Shown here: in pieces, positions 25,245-34,468 of the stretch
Numbering within the stretch: position 1 is the first letter of the stretch
Layout of the letters: every line of letters begins with the position of its first letter
Notes under the pieces: generated by a model
What the model saw: the letters and a program-made list of their open reading frames with translations, nothing else
The model's database searches: none
What the model was told of the DNA's origin: nothing
Made by a program: the position numbers and the translations under genes
From: Ignavibacteria bacterium
GTDB taxonomy: Bacteria > Bacteroidota > Ignavibacteria > Tepidaquicellales > OLB5
DNA length: 34,708 nucleotides
Reading direction: 5' to 3'
NCBI GenBank assembly: GCA_030835005.1
Contig: JAUQWT010000085.1
Coordinates: 1-34,708 of the forward strand

Positions 25245-26501
25245 TTAATTTATAATTGGTTTCAAAATCGTATCAATATCTTTTCCCATTAACGACATCT
25301 CCGATCCAACAGGAAGTTCCTTGCCCCTGATAAGAAAATTCCAGTAAGCCCATCTGAACAAAAGTTTGCCAATGTGATTCATACGGGTTTCTTTTAAAAG
25401 CGAAAATGGCCCGACAAATGGCAGGGGAAATGATCCTGTAACCGGCTCAACTTCGTAATTAAAATCAATTAGGAATGCCTTTCCGTGGCCGGATTCTATA
25501 AAACAGTTTGCATGCCCGTCATATTTAGCTTCAAGCGGTTCGCCATTTATGAAATGCATGATATTTTCTGCCAGAATTTCAGATTCAAAATGAGCAACCG
25601 AGCCCGCCTTGCTTGCCGGTATGTTTGCAGCATCACCTATTACAAAAATATTTTCATGGTTTGCTGAGCGCAGTGTGAATTTATCTGTAGGTACGAAGTT
25701 AAGCTCATCTCCAAGTCCGCTTCTGCCAATATAATCGGCGCCTTTATTTGTTGGTATAGTTACCAGCAGGTCAAAATCAACTTCTCTTTCATCCCACGAG
25801 ACGATCTGCCTTTTTTCATTATCAATCCGTCCTGTATTGAAATCTGGAACCAGCTCAATGCCTTTATCTTCAAGAAAGTGGCCAAGCACTTCTGCGCAGT
25901 TATGTTTTGTAAATGCTTCCGAGAGCGGAGTGACATATTTTATCGACGTCTTTTCTCGGATTCCCCTATCTTCAAAAAATGAATCAGCCAGGAAGGCAAA
26001 CTCAAGAGGTGCTACCGGGCATTTTATGGGCATTTCGGTAATGTTGATAACAAGCTTCCCGCCCTCCCATGTGCTGAATTTTTCGGAAAGCGCTTTTGCT
26101 CCTTCGAAAGTATAAAAATCAAATATATCCTTGTGCCAAAGCTTACCCAATAATCCTTCCGTCTCTTCCGGTGCTATCTTTGAACCTGTTGCAATTAAGA
26201 GTACGTCATAGTCAAGTATCTCGCCGCTTTCCAGCTGTACTTTATTAAAATCAGGAAGCACTTTCCATATTTCGGAAAACAATACTTGAGTATTATGAGG
26301 GAAGAATTCGCACTTGGGTTTTACAACATCTGAGGCTTTATAAATCCCAAAAGGCAAGAACAAAAAACCCGGTTGGTAGTAGTGTGTCTTATCATTATCA
26401 ACTATAGTTATTCTCCATTGATTCTTATCAAGCAGTTTATTTAACTTGTTAAGCATCATCGTACCGCCTGTTCCTGCTCCAAGAATAACCAGATTTCTCA
26501 T
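25245..26501 (-). CDS. sqr: Sulfide:quinone oxidoreductase-family flavoprotein (type III/SqrC-like)
   Basis: GAGTGG FAD motif, HYYQPG, IKCPVAPLEF, IGDA...KAG, YDGHANCF (redox Cys pair). Confidence 0.82.
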   Translation of the reverse strand: MRNLVILGAGTGGTMMLNKLNKLLDKNQWRITIVDNDKTHYYQPGFLFLPFGIYKASDVVKPKCEFFPHNTQVLFSEIWKVLPDFNKVQLESGEILDYDVLLIATGSKIAPEETEGLLGKLWHKDIFDFYTFEGAKALSEKFSTWEGGKLVINITEMPIKCPVAPLEFAFLADSFFEDRGIREKTSIKYVTPLSEAFTKHNCAEVLGHFLEDKGIELVPDFNTGRIDNEKRQIVSWDEREVDFDLLVTIPTNKGADYIGRSGLGDELNFVPTDKFTLRSANHENIFVIGDAANIPASKAGSVAHFESEILAENIMHFINGEPLEAKYDGHANCFIESGHGKAFLIDFNYEVEPVTGSFPLPFVGPFSLLKETRMNHIGKLLFRWAYWNFLIRGKELPVGSEMSLMGKDIDTILKPIIN

Positions 26502-26530
26502 TTCACAGCTTGTTTGTTTTTACTCTTACA

Positions 26531-26596
26531 CAAAATTAACCTCTAGTTTCATGTTGCCAAATGATATTAGTCATTAACTCAGATGATTGTAGTCAT
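26531..26596 (-). promoter_or_regulatory. Promoter TTG-N19-TAATTTTG with two FNR/CRP-like palindromes
   Basis: TAATTTTG at 26538-26531; TTG at 26560-26558; ATGATATTAGTCAT at 26561..26574; ATGATTGTAGTCAT at 26583..26596. Confidence 0.7.
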
Positions 26597-26632
26597 ACAT
26601 TAATATCTTGTTTTACATATATTTAAGTACAT

Positions 26633-26660
26633 AAAAAGGCCATACTGTTAAGTATGGCCT
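26633..26660 (-). terminator. Intrinsic terminator
   Basis: - strand AGGCCATAC-TTAACA-GTATGGCC-TTTTT. Confidence 0.75.
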
Positions 26661-26992
26661 ATATTATCGTTAGTCATATTTTAGGTATCGCAATTCTGTC
26701 TATTGGCTTTTCCTTTCTAACGTGAGAAAAGCAAATGATTTATACCAAGTTTCTGATTATTTATCTGCCGGAATGACGATTTTCCTATTTGCTGCAGCCC
26801 TTTTTTCGCAATCCGGTTCTATGTTCTTTGGTGTTATGATGCACTGTTTAACAGAACGATCTTTGTAACCGGAAAATATTTTGTTTTTTGACCGCGCTTA
26901 CATCTGGGAGTTAAACTCCCCGGCATAACCGGCTGAACAACTTCCTGATAGAGACCCATTGAATGCTTTACTTGAAGAATCCCCATCACCCA

Positions 26993-27000
26993 CAAAGTTA
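26993..27000 (-). promoter_or_regulatory. Bacteroidota-type -7 element with no clear downstream gene
   Basis: TAACTTTG on the - strand. Confidence 0.4.
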
Positions 27001-27077
27001 ATATACTACATAAAGGGTATCCTATGACGGCTATCAAATGATTAAATGATTTTTATCTATGGAAATTCCGGTGTCGC

Positions 27078-27797
27078 TTAATCTCCTGTAAATAAACGAC
27101 TGGCTAGAGAAACGGGAAGACCTTCTTTGAGAATTTTTTCTGATGCACTCTTAATATCATAATCCAGCCTTATCAGCATGTACTTAAACTCGTTTGTATC
27201 AAACAATCCGAATGCAAGCCTTCGATTGTTATCTCTTGGCTGCCCTACGCTGCCAACATTTATTATATACCTGTGCCCGGGATTAAGTTTTCCTTCCGAG
27301 ATCAATTTTACTCCGCCCGTTGAACTTTCAAAAATCAGCGGCTGGTGAGAGTGTCCAATGAAACAAACTTTTTCGTCAAATGCCGTGAAGTTCTCTGCGG
27401 CAGCCTCTTCCGTGCGAACATATTTATATGCTCGCGGATTGAACGGTGAGGCATGAACAAACAGCAAGCTGTTTTCTGAGTGTGAATATTTCAGCGTCTT
27501 AAAATATTCTATGTAAGCAGGATCGATCACATCCCGTGTGTGGATTGATGATATCTTCGCATTTTCAGAAAATCCGTTTGATAGAGCGTGATTGAATTGC
27601 GCTTCATCGTGATTGCCGAGTATAACAACGTCACACTGGTCTTTAATAAGCTTAATTACCTCATTGGGTTCGGCGCAGTAATCAACCAAATCACCCAGGC
27701 AGATAACTCTATCAATTTTTAATCTGTCGATCTCCCTCAGGCATGCACTCAATGCCTCAGTGTTAGCGTGAATATCGGATATTATTGCGTATTTCAA
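27078..27797 (-). CDS. Calcineurin-like metallophosphoesterase
   Basis: SDIHAN, LGDLVDY, GNHD, VHASP, GHSH, NVGSVGQPRD. Confidence 0.93.
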   Translation of the reverse strand: MKYAIISDIHANTEALSACLREIDRLKIDRVICLGDLVDYCAEPNEVIKLIKDQCDVVILGNHDEAQFNHALSNGFSENAKISSIHTRDVIDPAYIEYFKTLKYSHSENSLLFVHASPFNPRAYKYVRTEEAAAENFTAFDEKVCFIGHSHQPLIFESSTGGVKLISEGKLNPGHRYIINVGSVGQPRDNNRRLAFGLFDTNEFKYMLIRLDYDIKSASEKILKEGLPVSLASRLFTGD

Positions 27798-27835
27798 ATT
27801 ATACTGGATAAAAAATCATCTAATCAAGAAGTATG

Positions 27836-27861
27836 TTGCCACGACCCAAAGGTCGCGGCAA
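27836..27861. repeat. GC-rich hairpin (REP-like or terminator)
   Basis: TTGCCACGACC-CAAA-GGTCGCGGCAA; the one mismatch is G-U on the - strand. Confidence 0.55.
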
Positions 27862-27908
27862 TTCATTTATATACAATTTTTCGTTATTTGTTATTTACTA
27901 TTTGATAT

Positions 27909-28745
27909 TTATCTAAGATTTTCTTCCAGCGCCGTTGATACATCCGTCTTCTCATCCCTGTACTTAATAATTATCGGAGTATAAATAGATAAATTATTTC
28001 GAATACCAAATTCATTTTTCAATGACCGTGTTCCTGCCACAACAACTGCTCCTTCGGGAATTACAAGCGGCGTATCATTTGTTTTTTTGTAGATGAGACC
28101 CCTAACTGTATCGTAAACAGGAGTTGACCCTGTAATAACGCATCCGGCACCAATGACTGCCCTGCGCTCAACAATAGTGCCTTCATAAATTCCGCAATTG
28201 CCGCCTATCATTACTTCATCTTCAATAATTACGGGCACAGAGTTTATCGGTTCAAGCACACCGCCAATCTGCGCCGCTGCAGAAAGATGTATCTTTTTCC
28301 CCAGCTGTGCGCATGAGCCCACTAACGCATGTGAATCAATCAGCGAATTATCATCAACATAAGCGCCAATGTTTATATACATAGGAGGCATGCATATCAC
28401 TCCCTTGCCGATATATGCCCCTGAACGGATAGTTGAACCGCCGGGCACAATTCTTACTCCGTCTTTTATTTTAACCGGCTTTAAGGGCAGTGTATTTTTA
28501 TCATAATAGCGGAAGCTGTTATCAATTGACATTTCCTTCAGCTTGCCCAGCCTGAACCCCAGCAGAATTCCCATCTTAACCCAGCGGTTTGCCTGCCATC
28601 CTGCGGAAGACTTTTCGGCAGAACGTACCTTTCCTTTGTTTAAGAGTTTCACCATTTCTTTAAATGACTCAAGCGCCTTTTTCTTTTCAGCAGGGTTTAA
28701 ACTTGCTGAGGTGTAATACTTTTCTATATCTTTATCTAAGCTCAT
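27909..28745 (-). CDS. dapD: 2,3,4,5-tetrahydropyridine-2,6-dicarboxylate N-succinyltransferase
   Basis: [40 protein letters not shown]. Confidence 0.95.
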   Translation of the reverse strand: MSLDKDIEKYYTSASLNPAEKKKALESFKEMVKLLNKGKVRSAEKSSAGWQANRWVKMGILLGFRLGKLKEMSIDNSFRYYDKNTLPLKPVKIKDGVRIVPGGSTIRSGAYIGKGVICMPPMYINIGAYVDDNSLIDSHALVGSCAQLGKKIHLSAAAQIGGVLEPINSVPVIIEDEVMIGGNCGIYEGTIVERRAVIGAGCVITGSTPVYDTVRGLIYKKTNDTPLVIPEGAVVVAGTRSLKNEFGIRNNLSIYTPIIIKYRDEKTDVSTALEENLR

Positions 28746-28785
28746 TATAAAGTTCTAATTAATTGAATTAGGTAAATGATATCAA

Positions 28786-28824
28786 CTCCCCCCTCTCCCT
28801 ATAGAAGAGGGTCTGGGGGTGAGG
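28786..28824. repeat. CCCTCTCC...GAGGG..GGGGGTGAGG-type extragenic palindromic element
   Basis: CTCCCCCCTCTCCCTATAGAAGAGGGTCTGGGGGTGAGG, a GC-rich island in an AT-rich spacer; single copy in this window. Confidence 0.55.
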
Positions 28825-28967
28825 TTAAATATCTTAGTAAATTACTCGATTTTTATCGTTAATTCAATTGAAACAAAATGTTACAATTTTCTGTTAGAAT
28901 TACGTTGATTGTTTGGTTACTAAGCAGTAATTTTATACAGTAAATCTTCAAAAAGGAGCTAAAACAA

Positions 28968-29429
28968 ATGTCTGACAAAATATCGAGGCGGGATTTCATT
29001 AAAAGATCGGCAATAGGTGTGGTTGTTGGCTCAACAGTGCTTTCGTCGCTGAACCTTGAGGCTTATGCAAAATCCCCTGCAAAAAAGGGAATTGCAAAGA
29101 AAACAGGGGATGACCTGGTTGTTAAGCTTTCCGAAAACGCAGAGCTGACCAAAACTGGCGGCACGGTAAAAGTTAATGATGAACTAATGCTTGTCCGCAC
29201 TTCAGAGACCGAGTTCCTGGCAGTAAGAACAGTTTGCACTCATAAGGGCTGTGATGTTGAACTGCAGGGAGATAAGTTTGTCTGTCCGTGCCATGGCTCG
29301 GAATACACAATTACCGGCAAAGTGACCGAGGGCCCCTCTACAACAAATCTCAAAACTTTCGAAACGGTGTTTGATTCCGATAAGGGGACTGTTACCATAA
29401 AGAATGCAGGAATAATAGAAAAAAATTAA
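28968..29429 (+). CDS. Tat-exported Rieske [2Fe-2S] protein
   Basis: SRRDFIK twin-arginine motif; CTHKGC and CPCHGS boxes; AAGGAG upstream. Confidence 0.93.
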   Translation: MSDKISRRDFIKRSAIGVVVGSTVLSSLNLEAYAKSPAKKGIAKKTGDDLVVKLSENAELTKTGGTVKVNDELMLVRTSETEFLAVRTVCTHKGCDVELQGDKFVCPCHGSEYTITGKVTEGPSTTNLKTFETVFDSDKGTVTIKNAGIIEKN

Positions 29430-29478
29430 GAAACTCAGCAAACTTCAAAAGTCATTTGCAAAATAGTTACAATAATTG

Positions 29479-29508
29479 AAGAACAAGGGGGCATGCCCCC
29501 TTGTTCTT
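29479..29508. terminator. Perfect 30-bp palindrome between convergent genes (terminator or REP-like)
   Basis: AAGAACAAGGGGGCATGCCCCCTTGTTCTT. Confidence 0.75.
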
Positions 29509-29529
29509 TATATTGTATCACAATACCAA

Positions 29530-30435
29530 TTACTTTCTTCCCCCCGATAAAATACTCTTCACAACATAACCTGCCATCTGGGGATTTTCTTTAAAGCGCC
29601 TTGTTGAATACTGGTACCAGTGCGAACCAAACGGTATATAGACCCTTATTCTGTGCCCGTCCCTTAATATCTTATCGCGCATAATTTCTCTAACTCCCAG
29701 CAGCATCTGGAATTCATACCGGTCTTTTGTTTTCTTTAGCTCTTCTATTAACCTGTATGCACCCTCTACAAGAAACTCGTCGTGAGTAGCAATCCCAACA
29801 TAGCTGTTGTTTTCAAACATCAGCCTTAATACTTTCAGGAAATTATCACGCACTTCCTGCTTGTCCTTAAATGCTATTTCAGCGGGCTCAATATATATAC
29901 CCTTACACAAACGAAAGTTTGTTCCTGTTTTAATAAGTTCTACTGCATCATAATATGTGCGCTTTAAATATGCCTGGAGTACAATTCCTGTTTTGCTGTA
30001 TTTGCTGTTTGCTTCCTTAAAGATTCTTATTGTCTCATCTGTGCATGTAGAGTCTTCCATATCAATCCTGACAAAAATATCAAATGCCTTTGCCACGGTT
30101 AATATCTCGCTTACTGTTTCAAGGCAAAAGTCATGGTCAATCTTTAAGCCAAGAGAGGTAAGCTTTATCGATTGATTCGCATCCAGTTTATTCTTATCAA
30201 TTGCCTCCAGCACTCTAAGGCAGTCATCTTTTGCCCTTCTGGCATCATCTTTACTGAAAACGTCTTCGCCGAGCACATCAATTGTGCCCATAATGCCTTT
30301 ATCGTTCAGCTTCTTTGCGGTAACAACGGCATCTTCCAGTTTATCTCCGGCGATATATTTATTTGCGAATTTTCTTACGATCGATCTTGGTACAAGCGGC
30401 AGGGTTCCAACTATGATTTTGTTTAATATTCCCAT
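29530..30435 (-). CDS. Monofunctional proline dehydrogenase
   Basis: DVLGE, SIKLTSLGL, RIDMED, LQAYLKR, RLCKGIY, IATHD, EFQMLLG, RVYIPFG...RRFKENP. Confidence 0.93.
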   Translation of the reverse strand: MGILNKIIVGTLPLVPRSIVRKFANKYIAGDKLEDAVVTAKKLNDKGIMGTIDVLGEDVFSKDDARRAKDDCLRVLEAIDKNKLDANQSIKLTSLGLKIDHDFCLETVSEILTVAKAFDIFVRIDMEDSTCTDETIRIFKEANSKYSKTGIVLQAYLKRTYYDAVELIKTGTNFRLCKGIYIEPAEIAFKDKQEVRDNFLKVLRLMFENNSYVGIATHDEFLVEGAYRLIEELKKTKDRYEFQMLLGVREIMRDKILRDGHRIRVYIPFGSHWYQYSTRRFKENPQMAGYVVKSILSGGRK

Positions 30436-30479
30436 AAATATATTAGTATTTGGTAATTGAAAATATGTAATGCGCTTCT

Positions 30480-30510
30480 AAAAAAAAGGAATGCTCAAAC
30501 TGCATTCCTT
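30480..30510 (-). terminator. Terminator after leuS and the DUF2203-like gene
   Basis: A-run-GGAATGC-N7-GCATTCC-TTT. Confidence 0.7.
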
Positions 30511-30515
30511 TAACT

Positions 30516-30908
30516 CTATAATTCATCCAGATTTTTCCTGCCAGAATACCCTTCGGGAATTGTATGCCAGAATTTTATTTCGCCTTCTCCGTGATGCCAG
30601 CACAGGTAAACTTCTTCACCGCTTTTGCGCAGGTGCGGAAAATCTATCAGTCCTCTATCTATCCCCTTAATCAAAACACCTTCTGCAGAAATGCTTCGCA
30701 CTATATCAACAAGCCTCTCCATTTCTTCAGGGAATGCGCCTTTGCCGTTTGGCCCCGAGCCCCCAAAGTACTGGTGGTTATAAACGTCGTAGCCTTTTGA
30801 GTCAAGCTTTTTCTTCAGCCCTATCATCTCTTCTATAAGCGGTTTAATTTCATCCAAAAGAGTGTTCGCTTCTTCAACACTGAAATGCCGGCTGTGAAGT
30901 GTATTCAT
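30516..30908 (-). CDS. DUF2203-like protein
   Basis: [10 protein letters not shown]...[15 protein letters not shown]...[17 protein letters not shown]...GYSGRK. Confidence 0.85.
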   Translation of the reverse strand: MNTLHSRHFSVEEANTLLDEIKPLIEEMIGLKKKLDSKGYDVYNHQYFGGSGPNGKGAFPEEMERLVDIVRSISAEGVLIKGIDRGLIDFPHLRKSGEEVYLCWHHGEGEIKFWHTIPEGYSGRKNLDEL

Positions 30909-33334
30909 TTAACCACAATATTTACAAGCTTGTTCTTTACAACTATTTCCTTAACGATCTGTTTACCCTCAAGGTAAGTTTTTACTTTCTCGTCACTTTT
31001 TACAAGTTCTTTCAGTTTTTCTTCGTCTGTATCGTTTTCCACTTCAACTCTTGCTCTTACTTTCCCGTTAACCTGCCCAACAACCGTCACAACGCTGCGC
31101 TGCACTTTCGCGGGGTCATACACCGGCCATGAAGCAGTTGATATCGTTTCTGTGTTGCCCAGCTTCTGCCAAAGCTCTTCGGCAATATGCGGCGCAAGAG
31201 GAGCAAGCAGTTTCACCAATGCAATTACAAGATCTTTCGGAATAACTTCAAGCTTTGAGATCTCATTTACATATATCATTAACTCACTGATGCATGTGTT
31301 GAACTTCATATCCATATCTTCAATATCATCGGTAACTTTCTTAACTGTACGGTTCATCAGGCGTTCGGTTTCACCTTCAGGCTTAACATCTTTTATTGCC
31401 TTATGGATATTGCCTTCTTCATCAATTATCAGTCTCCATACTTTGTTAAGAAATCTGTAAACGCCTTCAATACCTTTGGTTGACCAAGGTTTGGTTGCGC
31501 TTAGGGGACCGAGGAACATTTCAAAAAGCCTCAGAGAATCTGCGCCATAATCTGCGATAACCTCATCGGGACTTACAACATTGCCGCGGGATTTACTCAT
31601 CTTGTTTGAATCTTCGCCAAGTATCATCCCCTGGTGATACAACCTGACAAACGGTTCACGTGTTGATACATATCCCAGATCAAACAGCACTTTATGCCAG
31701 AACCTTGCATAAAGCAGATGCAGTACTGCATGTTCTGCACCTCCAAGATACAAATTCACAGGCATCCAGTATTTTTCTTTTTCTTTGCTTACTATTTCTT
31801 TATCATTATTCGGGTCTAGGAATCTTAAGTAATACCAGCACGAGCCGGCCCATTGAGGCATAGTATTGGTTTCGCGCTTTGCAGGTTTACCCGTTTCTTT
31901 ATCAATAGTGTTTACCCATTCAGAAATTCCGGCAAGCGGCGATTCACCCGTTCCGATCGATTTATAATTATCAACCTCCGGAAGCATAACAGGCAGGTCC
32001 TCTTCAGGAACAAGCTTTGCTGTTCCGTCTTCAAGGTAGATTATCGGGAACGGCTCTCCCCAGAATCTCTGGCGCGAAAAAAGCCAGTCGCGAAGTTTAT
32101 ACTGAACCGTAGATTTCCCGAGTCCTTTAGATTCCAGCCAATCAATAACCTTCTTCTTTGCTTTTTCTGTCTTCAATCCTGTGATGAAACCTGAATTGAC
32201 AGCAATGCCTTCTTCGGCAAAAGCTTCTTTCTGAATGTCACCTTCTCCGCTTAAAGGCCTTACAACTTCAACAATTGGCAAATGAAATTTTGTCGCAAAT
32301 TCCCAGTCGCGTTCATCATGCCCCGGTACTGCCATGATAGCTCCCGTGCCGTAACCTGTCAGCACATAATCACTGATCCAGATCGGTATCTCCTCGTTGT
32401 TGACGGGATTAACCGCATACGCGCCGGTGAATACACCTGTTTTATCTTTATCAAGTGATTGGCGCTCAAGATCAGATTTATGTGCTGCATTATCTTTATA
32501 AATATCAACAGCGGTTTTGTTATCAGCCTGAGTGATAAGTTCAACATACGGATGTTCCGGAGCAAGCACCATATAAGTTGCTCCCCAAAGCGTATCCGGG
32601 CGTGTTGTAAAAACTTCGAGAGTCTCCGGCCTGTTTTTAATTTGGAACGTTACCTTCGCGCCTTCAGATTTTCCTATCCAGTTGCGCTGCATTTCTTTTG
32701 TACTCTCTGGCCAGTCAAGCATATCAAGATCAATAAGTAAACGCTCTGCGTATTCCGTTATCTTCAGCATCCATTGTTTCATCGGACGGCGGACAACTGT
32801 AAATCCTTTTTCGGTCTGTTCCGGTACTTCTTCGTTTGCTAGCACAGTGCCAAGCTCGGGGCACCAGTTCACGGCAACCTCTGCCTGGTAAGCCAGTCCT
32901 TTTCTGTAGAGCTGCATGAATATCCACTGAGTCCATTTATAATACTTAGGGTCAAATGTTGTAACTTCTCTGTCCCAATCGATCGAGAGGCCGATCAATT
33001 TAAGCTGCCGCTTGAAATTATCAATGCTTTTTTGAGTTGTTATGCGCGGGTGAATTCCGGTCTTGATCGCGTACTGCTCTGCCGGAAGTCCAAATGAATC
33101 CCAGCCCATCGGGTGAAGCACATTAAACCCCTTCATTCTCTTATATCTTGCAATAATATCGGTTGCAGTATATCCTTCAGGGTGGCCAACATGCAGGCCG
33201 TCGCTTGAAGGGTAAGGGAAAAAGTCCAGTACATAGTATTTAGGCTTTAAACTATCTTCTTTTGCGGCAAAAGTTTTGTTTTCTTCCCAATATTTCTGCC
33301 ATTTCTGCTCTATTTCAGTGAAATTATACTTCAT
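30905..33334 (-). CDS. leuS: Leucine--tRNA ligase
   Basis: [50 protein letters not shown]. Confidence 0.98.
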   Translation of the reverse strand: MKYNFTEIEQKWQKYWEENKTFAAKEDSLKPKYYVLDFFPYPSSDGLHVGHPEGYTATDIIARYKRMKGFNVLHPMGWDSFGLPAEQYAIKTGIHPRITTQKSIDNFKRQLKLIGLSIDWDREVTTFDPKYYKWTQWIFMQLYRKGLAYQAEVAVNWCPELGTVLANEEVPEQTEKGFTVVRRPMKQWMLKITEYAERLLIDLDMLDWPESTKEMQRNWIGKSEGAKVTFQIKNRPETLEVFTTRPDTLWGATYMVLAPEHPYVELITQADNKTAVDIYKDNAAHKSDLERQSLDKDKTGVFTGAYAVNPVNNEEIPIWISDYVLTGYGTGAIMAVPGHDERDWEFATKFHLPIVEVVRPLSGEGDIQKEAFAEEGIAVNSGFITGLKTEKAKKKVIDWLESKGLGKSTVQYKLRDWLFSRQRFWGEPFPIIYLEDGTAKLVPEEDLPVMLPEVDNYKSIGTGESPLAGISEWVNTIDKETGKPAKRETNTMPQWAGSCWYYLRFLDPNNDKEIVSKEKEKYWMPVNLYLGGAEHAVLHLLYARFWHKVLFDLGYVSTREPFVRLYHQGMILGEDSNKMSKSRGNVVSPDEVIADYGADSLRLFEMFLGPLSATKPWSTKGIEGVYRFLNKVWRLIIDEEGNIHKAIKDVKPEGETERLMNRTVKKVTDDIEDMDMKFNTCISELMIYVNEISKLEVIPKDLVIALVKLLAPLAPHIAEELWQKLGNTETISTASWPVYDPAKVQRSVVTVVGQVNGKVRARVEVENDTDEEKLKELVKSDEKVKTYLEGKQIVKEIVVKNKLVNIVVK

Positions 33335-33339
33335 ATTTA

Positions 33340-33347
33340 CAAAATTA
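33340..33347 (-). promoter_or_regulatory. -7 element 5 nt upstream of the leuS ATG
   Basis: - strand TAATTTTG-TAAAT-ATG. Confidence 0.55.
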
Positions 33348-33560
33348 CAAACTTGTTAAGTAATAATCAGTGTTATTATTGCGGGATTTATTAACTTTAA
33401 GCTTGTATGACAGTATTTAACAGCATTGTTGACAGTCCATATGCAATACTACACAGTCTCTGAATTGAATTTTATTTAAGCATTCCTATACGTAAATTCG
33501 TAATCATGAAAAAAAACGTGATAAATAGTAAGTTATAAATAACCCTGATAAAATAAAATA

Positions 33561-34400
33561 ATGGCTCATCCGTTAAAAGATATAAAGCTTATCGTAATTG
33601 ATATTGATGGTACTCTGGTAGATTCTGAAGGTAATGTTGGCGAAAAGACGCTGCGGCTTGCCAAAGAATTGAAAAAACAGAATATCCTTTGCACACTTTC
33701 TTCGGCTAGATCATTTCATTTCTCCTCACATATTGCCGACGATATGGAGATCGATATTCCGTTTGTTACTCTTGATGGTGCCCTTATAAAGAACCGAAAC
33801 GGTCAAACTGTATTCAAAGGAGTCATAAAGAATACTGTTATTAACAAAGCAATAAAACTTGCCGAGAATAATTATGGCAAGATTACTATGTGCGACGAGT
33901 TTAATTTATTTGTTACGCCAAGAAATGCTGTTGTTAAAGAATTCACAAGGCTAAGTACTCCCGTTAAGGAAGTCCGGGACTTCTCTTCTGTTAAAGATAT
34001 TCTGGAGATACTTATATATTGCGAAGATAAAGTAAGCGTGAAAGCGATTAAGCATAATTTCAGTTTCTTTGATAATTATGGAATTTCAATGAGTGTTACT
34101 AAATCACCCACACATGAATATTACCTGCTTACAATTAAAAGAAAAGGAAGTAATAAGCTTGAAAGCGTTAAGAGACTGGTAAAGCATCTTGGACTGAGCA
34201 AAAAGAATGTTGCTGTTATTGGAGACTGGCATAATGATATGCCCCTATTTGATTACGGCGCATATAATATCGCAGTACAGAATGCGATTCCCGAACTGAA
34301 GCGCAAAGCAGATTACGTAACTAAATCAACTAATAACGAAGACGCCGTTGGCGAAGTCCTTGAGATAGTCCATAATTACCGTTTGAACGGTTCGGGCTGA
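33561..34400 (+). CDS. Cof-type HAD-IIB hydrolase
   Basis: DIDGTL, SSAR, GSNK, IGDWHNDMPL, ADYVTKSTNNEDAV. Confidence 0.92.
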   Translation: MAHPLKDIKLIVIDIDGTLVDSEGNVGEKTLRLAKELKKQNILCTLSSARSFHFSSHIADDMEIDIPFVTLDGALIKNRNGQTVFKGVIKNTVINKAIKLAENNYGKITMCDEFNLFVTPRNAVVKEFTRLSTPVKEVRDFSSVKDILEILIYCEDKVSVKAIKHNFSFFDNYGISMSVTKSPTHEYYLLTIKRKGSNKLESVKRLVKHLGLSKKNVAVIGDWHNDMPLFDYGAYNIAVQNAIPELKRKADYVTKSTNNEDAVGEVLEIVHNYRLNGSG

Positions 34401-34468
34401 TATTATTTTTAGAGATCTATTATTGAATTCATTTCTTATCCATTTTAAATTATCCTGCCTTTTAATAA

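Noticed and set aside
26650-27000. tmRNA or RNase P RNA call
   Set aside because: No tRNA-like ends or CCA, and no GGAAAGTCC motif on either strand.
33405-33460. ACAG-containing direct repeats in the leuS/HAD divergent spacer
   Set aside because: Spacing is irregular (10, 12, 21 nt) and the core is short; not distinguishable from chance.
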